Source of the DNA: a virus
DNA length: 64,000 bases
Virus record (IMG/VR): IMGVR_UViG_3300050015_000702
Reading direction: 5' to 3' (one strand)
Positions 21,597 to 30,109 of this stretch are shown piece by piece. Each line of letters starts with the position of its first letter. Positions within the stretch are counted from its first letter, which is position 1. The notes beneath the pieces are model-generated. The model saw nothing but the letters and a program-made list of their open reading frames with translations, had not been told where the DNA came from and did no database searches. Made by a program: the position numbers and the translations under genes.

Positions 21597-22203
21597 AATA
21601 TGCTTCGATAAGGTCTGGATGCCTTTCTTTTAATGTGTCAGCGACATCCTTTCTGGCTTTTCTTAATCTGGTTTTAACGGTATTAAGGTTCCAGTTAAGA
21701 TCGGCTGCAATATCTTGCAGTCTTTTATTGTTAATCTCTCTTTCGAAGATAACAGTTCTATAAGGTTCTTCTAAGTTATCAATTGCTTCAATAACTTTAT
21801 TATACAAGTTAGTCTTGAGTTCTTCACCGCTAGGTCCTATTACTTCGAGGTTAATTGAAACCATCGGAGTATAAAATTTAAGAACTTTTGAATGATTCTC
21901 ATCAAGTCTTTCTCTGGAGACAGTTTTTGAACGAGATCTAAGTTGTCCGAGGGCTTCATTTTTTGCTATCGCATAAACCCAAGTTGAGAAGTTAAAATCT
22001 CTGTTATACTGGTCCATTTTCTCCCATACAGCTATAAAAGTCTTGGAAACGACTTCTTTTGCTAAATCAGAATCCTTTACGTAACGATATACGAAAGAGT
22101 TTAGTCCGGGTTTTATCCTGTTAATAAGATATGTGAATGTTTTGTTGTCTTTTTGTTCCAAAAAATCTATTGCTAGATTTTGAATTGAGATTTCTTTGTC
22201 CAT
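21571..22203 (-). CDS. ECF-type sigma-70 RNA polymerase factor
   Basis: Region 2 (AKEVVSKTFIAVWEKMDQY...FSTWVYAIAKN) and region 4 HTH (LQDIAADLNWNLNTVKTRLRKAR). Start moved to MDKEISI, just after the HEG stop. Confidence 0.9.
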   Translation of the reverse strand: MDKEISIQNLAIDFLEQKDNKTFTYLINRIKPGLNSFVYRYVKDSDLAKEVVSKTFIAVWEKMDQYNRDFNFSTWVYAIAKNEALGQLRSRSKTVSRERLDENHSKVLKFYTPMVSINLEVIGPSGEELKTNLYNKVIEAIDNLEEPYRTVIFEREINNKRLQDIAADLNWNLNTVKTRLRKARKDVADTLKERHPDLIEAYYDEESEND

Positions 22204-22204
22204 A

Positions 22205-22900
22205 TTAAGTATAGTGTCCATTAATAAATTTTTTACCTTTATTCCATGGGGTTGTTCCCCTTTTGGATTCACTCATATGAGTTTTAGCCTCCTTTGACTT
22301 CGGCTTTCTCATATGTTTTTTATGTTCTTCAGTTTTTGGTTTTCTCATTAATTCTTTGGTTTCTTCTGATAAAGAAACCCCATTACGAGAATTAAATAAT
22401 GCTAACTTATGTTCCTCTGTTAATTCTTTTCCCCATCGATGATTTTTTTCACCCATGTGAGCATTGCTCATTTGCTGCCTTGTTTTTTCCGATGGGTGCT
22501 TTCCCCAGCTAGGATTTTTTTCTCCTTTTTTTGAATAAGCTATTTTTTCTTTTGTTTTTTCTGATCGGGTATAATGACATCCGCCTGTATGAAATCCTCT
22601 GTTTTTATTTGGCAGAAATCGATTATATCCATTTGGGGATAGGGTATTGTATTTTAAAATGTAATGGGTTTCCCCATCTAACAGATCCTCTACATTTTTA
22701 TAATTATCTTGAAGTATCTGTTTTTTGAAATTTTCAATACCATATATTTCATAATCTAGATCAAGATATTTAGAAGACCCCATATACCCATCTGTATTGG
22801 GGTCTTCTTTATAACATATTCGACTACCTACATATTGTTTATTCAAAACCAAATTGGTTATTAAATAAACATAGTAAAATCGAGGAGTTCTTAAAGACAT
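22205..22900 (-). CDS. GIY-YIG homing endonuclease with NUMOD3 repeats
   Basis: YVYLITNL..KQYVGSR, YMGSS, PNGYN, SEKTKEKIA repeats; late promoter/hairpin at 22895-22920. Confidence 0.85.
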   Translation of the reverse strand: MSLRTPRFYYVYLITNLVLNKQYVGSRICYKEDPNTDGYMGSSKYLDLDYEIYGIENFKKQILQDNYKNVEDLLDGETHYILKYNTLSPNGYNRFLPNKNRGFHTGGCHYTRSEKTKEKIAYSKKGEKNPSWGKHPSEKTRQQMSNAHMGEKNHRWGKELTEEHKLALFNSRNGVSLSEETKELMRKPKTEEHKKHMRKPKSKEAKTHMSESKRGTTPWNKGKKFINGHYT

Positions 22901-22956
22901 ATAGTTTATTCTATATATCCAATTGAAATCTCTTTTTTTTGCGATAGTGAGGAATC

Positions 22957-23295
22957 TTATTCCTCAACTATCTGCTCAACATACTGATTGATGTTCTGAA
23001 GGATTCCGGCAACGACCTGATATGGGAAATTCCCAAGGACGTTTACAATCTGCTGGAATGTGTTGTGGTCAACAACATCTACCTGAATTGCATTCATGAT
23101 ACCTGCAATCTGGTTAAATGGGTACTGACCAATAGCTTTAAGAATAGCGGCTTTAAATTCAGGTTTGAGACGATAAGTGGGCACATACGGTGCAGTCTCG
23201 ATTTTCTGATTTGGATCTACAGCTGCTTTTGGTGCTTCTGCTGTTTTTGCTTCTGGTATTAACTGAGCTTCAGTTGGTTGTGTGTTTTCTTCCAT
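22957..23295 (-). CDS. Hypothetical protein with an internal repeat (GQYPFNQIAGI / GNFPYQVVAGI)
   Basis: 112 aa with a late promoter at 23320-23333. Confidence 0.65.
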   Translation of the reverse strand: MEENTQPTEAQLIPEAKTAEAPKAAVDPNQKIETAPYVPTYRLKPEFKAAILKAIGQYPFNQIAGIMNAIQVDVVDHNTFQQIVNVLGNFPYQVVAGILQNINQYVEQIVEE

Positions 23296-23405
23296 GACTT
23301 AATTGGTTTAAATAATTATTTTTTTATATATTCACTGGTTTGTAAGATTCTTATCAATATAATGTAAAAATTGCGTTCTGATTTGTCAAAATTGTCAGAT
23401 TTCGG

Positions 23406-23669
23406 TTAATTTTTTACATATCCATCATTAGTATAGATTTCAATGAATCTTTTTAGATCGGGTTCAATGACCATTGATTCATGAACAATCTCTCCCGATT
23501 TGGTCTTATACTGAACTAGAGTAATAAGATAGCCATCCGGCGGTTCAGGATAAAATGCTACTGTCAACGGGGATTTTGGTTTACTCATTACCAGCATGCA
23601 TTCTCTATTTTTGAATAGAGAAATATTCTCTGGAGCTTTTTTTGCGGGAACGTAAGGTTTATATGCCAT
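23406..23669 (-). CDS. Hypothetical protein
   Basis: 87-aa ORF in a tightly packed operon. Confidence 0.6.
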   Translation of the reverse strand: MAYKPYVPAKKAPENISLFKNRECMLVMSKPKSPLTVAFYPEPPDGYLITLVQYKTKSGEIVHESMVIEPDLKRFIEIYTNDGYVKN

Positions 23670-23671
23670 TT

Positions 23672-24085
23672 TTATTCTTTTACTGCGTGATATTTAGCGT
23701 ATCGAGCTATAAAATCCTTAGTGGATTCTCTAGGGACATCTATGTCGTGTTCATCTACTTTATCTGCAATTTGATTAATAACTTTTGCCTGAGATTCCAT
23801 CCACTCTAAAACTACATCTTCATTTTTTGGAGTTATAGCTAAGGGATCTATGGGTCTTGTTAGATGACAATGTCTGCAAAATTCTTCGCTCTTATCCAAT
23901 TCATTGACATAAGTGTTTGGATCAATCCATTCATGTTCACAATTTGCTTGTTGAAGCAAAGGTTCGAGCATATCACGAATACGATATTTTGTATTGTAAT
24001 CGAGAGATAGTAAAAAACTATCTACTTTTTTCTGAGATTGAGTTACTTCTTCGGGGGATAGGATTCTCATAAAATTAGCATTCAT
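23672..24085 (-). CDS. Hypothetical protein (CEHEW...CRHC Zn ribbon)
   Basis: 137 aa, coupled to tmk by TAATG. Confidence 0.6.
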   Translation of the reverse strand: MNANFMRILSPEEVTQSQKKVDSFLLSLDYNTKYRIRDMLEPLLQQANCEHEWIDPNTYVNELDKSEEFCRHCHLTRPIDPLAITPKNEDVVLEWMESQAKVINQIADKVDEHDIDVPRESTKDFIARYAKYHAVKE

Positions 24086-24819
24086 TATTCAGGTTTATTA
24101 AGTAAAAGAGGTCTGTCAAATAAAATATAATCAATAAGAGGCTGATATGAGTCAAAAAGCTCTTCAGGGGTAAAAACTATCCATTCATTAGTTGGGCCAA
24201 CAGGAATTGCACATTTAATAATTTTGCAATTGAGAGCTTCCGACATTGAATCAATATAGTTAAAGTTTACTCTTTTTTGAAATTCAAAATCAGCTTCATG
24301 AATATCTTGTTTACCTTGAAGATAACTTCTGTCTTCGCCTTCTCGATTAGCTGTAATTCTCTTTTGAGAAACTTCCGAAGGGACATCAAAAAATATATTT
24401 AAATCGGGATACGGTAGATTTAAGAAATCAAATTCAAAATCTAATATCCATTTTTTTATATTAAAGGACTCTACAGATCCGGTAGGATATTTAGCTGCTT
24501 GATAAGCTACATTAGAATAAACATATCGATCCAAAAGAACAACATCATTTTCATCTAATGCTTCCTGAAGTTCCGGCTTAAACATAAATCTGTCCATTCC
24601 ATAGATATTGGCTACAAAATAAGGTGAAACCTCATCAATGCCACCGAATTCTCCACGAAGAAATTTAGCAATTACATTACTAAATTCATTGTGTTCATAC
24701 ATTGGAAAGTGAAAGAAGGCAAACTTGAGACCTTTGTCTTCGAAATATTTTTTTATAAGTTTTACTTGCGTACTTTTACCTGCACCATCTGCGCCCTCTA
24801 TACAAATTAATTTACCCAT
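24085..24819 (-). CDS. tmk: Thymidylate kinase
   Basis: LICIEGADGAGKSTQ P-loop, LLDRYVYSNVAYQ, PDLNIFFDV, DIHE. Confidence 0.92.
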   Translation of the reverse strand: MGKLICIEGADGAGKSTQVKLIKKYFEDKGLKFAFFHFPMYEHNEFSNVIAKFLRGEFGGIDEVSPYFVANIYGMDRFMFKPELQEALDENDVVLLDRYVYSNVAYQAAKYPTGSVESFNIKKWILDFEFDFLNLPYPDLNIFFDVPSEVSQKRITANREGEDRSYLQGKQDIHEADFEFQKRVNFNYIDSMSEALNCKIIKCAIPVGPTNEWIVFTPEELFDSYQPLIDYILFDRPLLLNKPE

Positions 24820-25700
24820 ATATTGAATTTTTCTTTATATCTTTCTGTGAATTGAAGACATTTATTATCAACTAATCTTTTTATGTCTAAATATGACAAA
24901 AGTTTTGAGGAATAGGTTAATTTATAAATGAATCCATTTTTCTTACAAAATTCCATAGCAGCTTCTTTTTTTAATTGAACGATTTTGGATTTGTGTAATT
25001 TTTTTGGTTTTATTTCAACTAGATATTTTTCATTTATAATAAAATCCGCAACATAAGTACGCTTTTCTTTATTAAATCCAATATATGGAATTTTTAGTTC
25101 CTTTTTTTCAGCACTTTCCCATTTAAACCCAAATCTTTCAATAGCATTTATCATATATGAAAGTTCGTGTAAACTTCGAAAATACCATCCTTTATACCAT
25201 CCGGACCATCCATTACCCGAACCTATTGGTGATGGTTTTCCATACATTGGATTATTTTCTCCTGAAGAATGAATGGATATTTTGTCTTTTATTTTTTGGG
25301 ATTTTTCTTTTCCATATCTTTTATCAAAAGATAAACCTTTCCCATCAATAGCATATTGAATTATTCCAGAGCATTGATTGTTTCTTCCATACATAGGGTT
25401 GTCCGAACCAGATAAAGAAACGGATATATTATTTCGTATTTTATTTCCCTTCTCATTCCCAAATATTTCTTCATATGTTTTTCCTTGAGTTCTTTTTATG
25501 GATGATTTCCCCGCATTAATGTATTGTTTTTGACGTCGGCAGGACAAACATAAATCTATACCATATTTTTCTTTACCTTCTGCATAAGTATAATATCTAG
25601 GAAAAATATGATCTAAATGACATTGATCACAATTAATAATTACTTTTTGACGAATAATTGGAAATCCCGTTTTGTTCAATTTAATAGTAGATAATATCAT
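24807..25700 (-). CDS. Homing endonuclease: NUMOD3-like repeats plus TnsA-like PD-(D/E)XK domain
   Basis: SGSDNPMYG/SGENNPMYG, FRSLHEL, YVADF..LVEIKP. ATG 25700 follows the late motif GGATATATAG. Confidence 0.75.
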   Translation of the reverse strand: MILSTIKLNKTGFPIIRQKVIINCDQCHLDHIFPRYYTYAEGKEKYGIDLCLSCRRQKQYINAGKSSIKRTQGKTYEEIFGNEKGNKIRNNISVSLSGSDNPMYGRNNQCSGIIQYAIDGKGLSFDKRYGKEKSQKIKDKISIHSSGENNPMYGKPSPIGSGNGWSGWYKGWYFRSLHELSYMINAIERFGFKWESAEKKELKIPYIGFNKEKRTYVADFIINEKYLVEIKPKKLHKSKIVQLKKEAAMEFCKKNGFIYKLTYSSKLLSYLDIKRLVDNKCLQFTERYKEKFNIWVN

Positions 25701-25756
25701 ATAACTATATATCCGGAAAATAATTCCGGATATGTCGGTTCCTTCAAAAACAGGGA

Positions 25757-26098
25757 TCAATTGAAAAGTTTTGAGTTCTTAATAAGATTAAGAACTTCAT
25801 ATACCATAACGCCAACTCCGAGGATTCCCCAGAATTTCCATTGTGTAGAAAATATAGCTTTTAAGCCTACGCCGAATAGCATAGACATTCCTAGAGTTTC
25901 GATTGTATTCAATAGACTACCAACAAAAACCATGCCCGGACGAGGTTGATACTCAATTTCTTGAGTTAAAGTTTCGTCAATCTTTGGTTCCTCTTTTTTA
26001 AAATATACCTCCTCAATGGGTGGTGTAGGAATTGCCGCCCCCTCCTTAACCGCATTGAGTCTATTTGCTAATGCGTCGTCCTTGATCATTTTATCCAT
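25757..26098 (-). CDS. Hypothetical membrane protein
   Basis: 113 aa with two C-terminal hydrophobic segments. Confidence 0.6.
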   Translation of the reverse strand: MDKMIKDDALANRLNAVKEGAAIPTPPIEEVYFKKEEPKIDETLTQEIEYQPRPGMVFVGSLLNTIETLGMSMLFGVGLKAIFSTQWKFWGILGVGVMVYEVLNLIKNSKLFN

Positions 26099-26386
26099 TT
26101 AAATTAATTCAGCAATGTAGTGTGCATCATTATGTCCATCGGGTCTTACTAAGAAAGTAGCCGTCTCATCTTCTTCTACTTTACCAACGAAAAAGGTTTT
26201 GCTAAGAGAAAAATCATTTCCCCAATCGCTCAACATATCCTCGTAAAGTGGGAAAGTAACAACTGGTAATAAGTTTAAAATGGATTCAAGCATTGGGTTA
26301 ACCTCGATATGCTTGATATAATTGAGTTCGTTCAATGCAGGTTTGCTACTCATAGGAAGATTTGAAAGGTATTTAATACCATCCAT
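26099..26386 (-). CDS. Hypothetical protein
   Basis: 95-aa ORF abutting the next gene. Confidence 0.55.
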   Translation of the reverse strand: MDGIKYLSNLPMSSKPALNELNYIKHIEVNPMLESILNLLPVVTFPLYEDMLSDWGNDFSLSKTFFVGKVEEDETATFLVRPDGHNDAHYIAELI

Positions 26387-26406
26387 ATTTAAAGTAGCAC
26401 TTTCAT

Positions 26407-27066
26407 TTACAGACTCTTTAAGTTTTTTTTGAATTTGTCTTCCTTTTTGAAGTCATTTCCTTTTCCGGCAGCAGGTTTAAATCCTTTTTTAGCTTTTGCT
26501 TCCATCTTATCTTCTTCTTCGTCTTCGTCTCCTTTTTCATTAACCTCAACATCAGTTACAACAGCAGGCTCTTTCTTTCCAAATTTCTTTTTTGGAGCTT
26601 CTGATTCGCCATTTTTATCTGGTGCTGTATCAATTGGTCCTTTTCCTGGCTTTGCTGCAGATCCTTGAGCAACAGAGCCACCATCAGTTCCGGGTTCTAC
26701 TTTAGAACCTTTGCCTTCATTGTCACCGGTTTTAACATCGCCAAACATACCTGGTTTGAAATCTTTAACAGATTTAAGATCGGTCTGAAGATCATATCCT
26801 GGGGTGAATTTGGATCCCCCCATTTTCATTTCGACTTTTACTTCAGTCTTACCTTTGACGTACTCTTTCTTGAGCCATCCGAATACTTTTTTATTCTCTT
26901 CTGGTATAATAAGACCTTCGCCTGGTCCACCTGCAGCTTTTGTTACAGGAGCACCTTTACCGCCTTTTTCCTTAGCACCTTTTTCAGAAGTTTCTTGTTC
27001 TTTTGCTTCTGCAGCTTCGGTAAGTCTTTCGATATAGTCATTAAAGTTAAAAGATCCAGCTTTCAT
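26407..27066 (-). CDS. Low-complexity K/E/G-rich late protein (possible head internal protein)
   Basis: Late promoter at 27076-27092; N-terminal ERLTEA resembles an L-x-E protease site. Confidence 0.6.
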   Translation of the reverse strand: MKAGSFNFNDYIERLTEAAEAKEQETSEKGAKEKGGKGAPVTKAAGGPGEGLIIPEENKKVFGWLKKEYVKGKTEVKVEMKMGGSKFTPGYDLQTDLKSVKDFKPGMFGDVKTGDNEGKGSKVEPGTDGGSVAQGSAAKPGKGPIDTAPDKNGESEAPKKKFGKKEPAVVTDVEVNEKGDEDEEEDKMEAKAKKGFKPAAGKGNDFKKEDKFKKNLKSL

Positions 27067-27101
27067 ATGTTATGGTTTTATTTTATATATCCGCGTTAAA
27101 A

Positions 27102-27374
27102 TTAATTGTTCATCTCTCTATTTATCCAAATCTGCATTTCGTTCCAATCAGGATTATCCCAATGATATGATTCAACATCGTTATTCCTTGCAATGTTATT
27201 TCCAAGTTCTTCATCGGAATCTTTGGGTTCCCATACAATTTCGGAAACATGTTCAAAATTATTGGAATAGTAAGTATCCTGCAATATTTTGTTGTCTAAA
27301 ATCTGTCGACCAACGCCCATTGTTCTAATAGGATCTCCGCTTCTTTCGAAATTTATTTTTTCGGATACTATCAT
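27102..27374 (-). CDS. Hypothetical protein with N-terminal FER-motif module
   Basis: MIVSEKINFERSGDPIRTMGVG. Confidence 0.65.
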   Translation of the reverse strand: MIVSEKINFERSGDPIRTMGVGRQILDNKILQDTYYSNNFEHVSEIVWEPKDSDEELGNNIARNNDVESYHWDNPDWNEMQIWINREMNN

Positions 27375-28609
27375 TTTATTCTTCTATCATTTCTTTCAAT
27401 ATCATTCACGATATTTTTATATCTGTAAATATGTTTTCCGATGAATCCTTTTACTTCACCAGAAACCCCTTCTTCCTCCCAAATTTCCTTTTTAATTTCT
27501 TCCAAATCCTCTAAAGCTTCCTTTAAAGGTTTACGAATTTTATCACACCATTTTGGATCAATTAAATTATCTCTTTTAAAATTAACTGTATAAGGGCTAA
27601 AGTCTTTCATGAATGCCCATCCAATTCTAAAAGGACCCTCCTTTTTAGTTTGAAAATTAGGATCCCCTTCTCCATCTATAGTCCAGAAACACGAAGCAAC
27701 ACCGCCCCAATGATCAGCTAATCTGTAAATAGCTTTATCTGAAATCCAGTATTGGCTTCCGCCGCGGCTCTTAAAATTAGTTCCTTTGTCAGATAAAGTG
27801 CTCCATAGATGATGTATGTTTTCAAAATGACTTGTGAGATGAATTTCTTTATAATCTGCCTGAGTTGAAATATGAAAATTATTTCGGGTAACCTCTTTTA
27901 CAACCGAACGAAAGGGAACCATTGGAACAGGATTAATTTTATTATCTATAGGATCTGTTATTTTCCTAAGTTGTTTCATAATAACTTGATCCGATGATAA
28001 AGATTTAGAAACAGGTTTTTCTTTTAAAGAAACAAAAATAGTTTCATCTAAATCTGGAACCCCATCATTTTGAATTTCTAGCCCCATCGAATTTACCAGA
28101 GGTTTATATTTAGGCCAAGTTGTAACTAATTCATGGAATCCATCAAAAAGTCTATCACTTGTGATAATATCTTGTCCAACATTCATAAATCCGGGATCTA
28201 TTAGTAAGTTTGAATTCTCAATAACTTTTAAAAAATCAATTACAAGGGGTTTAAATCTATTTTCCCCAATACCCAATTTATCTAGTGGGGTTCCCTCTCG
28301 TTCGAAATGCTGTTTTTCCGTTAAGGAAACATCTTTATGTTTAAATGCTGCTCCAAGATCTGTTTTAAGGGAAGGAACATAGTGATAATCAGGATTTTGT
28401 TCTTTGATATACTTCATTAGTTTGGATCCATATCCCAATCTTCTAAATTCAGGACGAACAAAGATATGACTTATGGAGAGTTCATCTTCAAATAAAACAT
28501 ATTGAACTAGGCCGACAATCTCATCATTAGCATAAACCCCCGCTTCACAATTAGTTTGGCCTGAGTATGAATCGACAACTTCATTTGTATAAGTAATCTT
28601 CTTATCCAT
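27371..28609 (-). CDS. GNAT acetyltransferase domain + internal FER-motif module + unknown domains
   Basis: ISHIFVRPEFRRLGYGSKLM (GNAT motif A), followed by SLTEKQHFEREGTPLDKLGIG. Confidence 0.7.
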   Translation of the reverse strand: MDKKITYTNEVVDSYSGQTNCEAGVYANDEIVGLVQYVLFEDELSISHIFVRPEFRRLGYGSKLMKYIKEQNPDYHYVPSLKTDLGAAFKHKDVSLTEKQHFEREGTPLDKLGIGENRFKPLVIDFLKVIENSNLLIDPGFMNVGQDIITSDRLFDGFHELVTTWPKYKPLVNSMGLEIQNDGVPDLDETIFVSLKEKPVSKSLSSDQVIMKQLRKITDPIDNKINPVPMVPFRSVVKEVTRNNFHISTQADYKEIHLTSHFENIHHLWSTLSDKGTNFKSRGGSQYWISDKAIYRLADHWGGVASCFWTIDGEGDPNFQTKKEGPFRIGWAFMKDFSPYTVNFKRDNLIDPKWCDKIRKPLKEALEDLEEIKKEIWEEEGVSGEVKGFIGKHIYRYKNIVNDIERNDRRIK

Positions 28610-28626
28610 TTCTTTATTTATCCCAC

Positions 28627-28652
28627 AAAAAAACCCACACTTTCGCTGTGGG
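28627..28652 (-). terminator. Intrinsic terminator ending the tmRNA coding piece
   Basis: CCCACAGC-GAAA-GTGTGGG-TTTTTTT on the minus strand. Confidence 0.8.
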
Positions 28653-28885
28653 TAAGTCTCGTGAAAAATGGTGCTTCTTAAGCTGCCATTCTCATTTCGT
28701 TAACAGTTTCGCCGTTTACTTGCGTTACTGGAATAATCGTTATCTCCCTCAATATGCAGTCAAAGCCAGGTCAGCCCCGATTTGTGCGGATCGAAAATAA
28801 GTTTGTCTAAACTCACCGCACTTAGTTTAAGATAATCGGCAATCGATTGTGGAGCTGCCGCGAATCGAACGCGGGTGTTGCATAT
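28627..28885 (-). ncRNA. ssrA: tmRNA, circularly permuted (two-piece) gene; tag (A)GETVNEMRMAA*
   Basis: Minus-strand order: acceptor piece ATATGCA-ACAC-CCGCG-TTCGATT-CGCGG-CAGCTCC-A (28885-28850); 71-nt spacer; GGGGCTGACCTGGCTTTGAC-TGCATAT starting at 28778; tag ORF 28713-28678 ending AA-TAA; terminator. Acceptor stem is 7 bp with G3-U70. Confidence 0.9.
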
Positions 28886-29644
28886 CTACTCTATAATTAG
28901 CTCTTTCGAGCACTCCCAATATCTTTTTCCTATTTTAATAATAGGACTTGTATCTTCAAAAAATAATTTTTCAATTTGATTAAAATCAATAAATTCCCTT
29001 TCATCTATTCTAATTAATCTGTATCCATTCTCGATACACCACTCTTCAAGCAATTTATCTTTGAATCGTTTTGTTTCTAATTGATGATGTATATCCTTAA
29101 AATGCCAAATACCATCATATTCAAAACAAATTTTTAAAATATCCGAATATAAATCCCTTCCTATCCCCGTTTCCTTATATCTTAAATTCCCTCCTGATTT
29201 CCAATTATATTGAGGATAATGAGCTTTAAAATATTTAACAATTTCCCTTTCTTTTGATGAAGAAAATTTTATATTTGTACTCTGTTTTTGTTGATAAGTT
29301 TCGGTATAATATATTCCATTTTTCCAGGCTTCTTTTATAGCATTGCTGCTTCGAATTTTTCCTTCTTCTGTATGAATTATTTTTGTATTAGCACAGGATT
29401 TACAACAAAATCTCCTTTTAATACCTCCTTTTCGATATTTGATGTGAATTATATTATTGCATAATTCTGCTTCACATTTAATATCCTCTTCTATATATTT
29501 TCCGAATCTTTTTTCGTTCGTTTTTAAGGCTTCTTTTGAAAGTTTTTCACCTAATTTTGAATTATCTCTATGCTGCCATCTTACATGATTTGCCTTCGCT
29601 TGAAAGGTTCCAAATTCTTCTTTACATTCTCCGCAGACATACAT
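28886..29644 (-). CDS. Homing-type endonuclease: Zn fingers + Vsr/DUF559-like PD-(D/E)XK domain
   Basis: CGEC..HVRWQH, FCCKSCA, DLYSDILKICFEYDGIWH, KDK...GYRLIRI; own late promoter at 29647-29663. Confidence 0.75.
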   Translation of the reverse strand: MYVCGECKEEFGTFQAKANHVRWQHRDNSKLGEKLSKEALKTNEKRFGKYIEEDIKCEAELCNNIIHIKYRKGGIKRRFCCKSCANTKIIHTEEGKIRSSNAIKEAWKNGIYYTETYQQKQSTNIKFSSSKEREIVKYFKAHYPQYNWKSGGNLRYKETGIGRDLYSDILKICFEYDGIWHFKDIHHQLETKRFKDKLLEEWCIENGYRLIRIDEREFIDFNQIEKLFFEDTSPIIKIGKRYWECSKELIIE

Positions 29645-29702
29645 AGTTTTATTCTATATATCCGTATGGAGCTGGTAAGTTTCGAACTCTACCGTTAAAG
29701 TT

Positions 29703-30107
29703 TTAATACTGGCTTCTTTGCAGTGGTTCAAAATACCATTCCCATTTATCTAAAGTTCCCCAAGTATGAAAATTAGAAGGTGATTTTCCATTACTCAATT
29801 GAACAATAGCTGTTCCATTTTGCAGCTCTTTTGCATGTTCTAAACTCCCCGCTCTTTCTAAATGCATTCCTATAGGATTCGACATAATAACATTATAAGC
29901 CCAGAAGTAAGTATCTGCTGGATAATGATCTCCAAGAACATAATCGGGTCCTATTTCTCCATTAATCTTTTTAACACTAAAATCTATTTTAGACTTAATT
30001 ATATCCCCAGACTTAACACTAGCCATGGTTTTTAAGCCAATATCTAGAGCTTTATAGGGTTCCTGATGTTGTTTAAATATTTTTTCGTTTACAAATTCAG
30101 CTTTCAT
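29703..30107 (-). CDS. Hypothetical protein with FER-motif variant; paralogous to both halves of 30110..30952
   Basis: MKAEFVNEKIFKQHQEPYKALDIG, then VKSGDIIK...W..YFE. Confidence 0.65.
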   Translation of the reverse strand: MKAEFVNEKIFKQHQEPYKALDIGLKTMASVKSGDIIKSKIDFSVKKINGEIGPDYVLGDHYPADTYFWAYNVIMSNPIGMHLERAGSLEHAKELQNGTAIVQLSNGKSPSNFHTWGTLDKWEWYFEPLQRSQY

Positions 30108-30109
30108 GC

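Noticed and set aside
22204-22272. N-terminal extension of the sigma factor overlapping the endonuclease
   Set aside because: An ATG at 22203 directly after the endonuclease stop gives a normal ECF length; the extension is an ORF-caller artefact.
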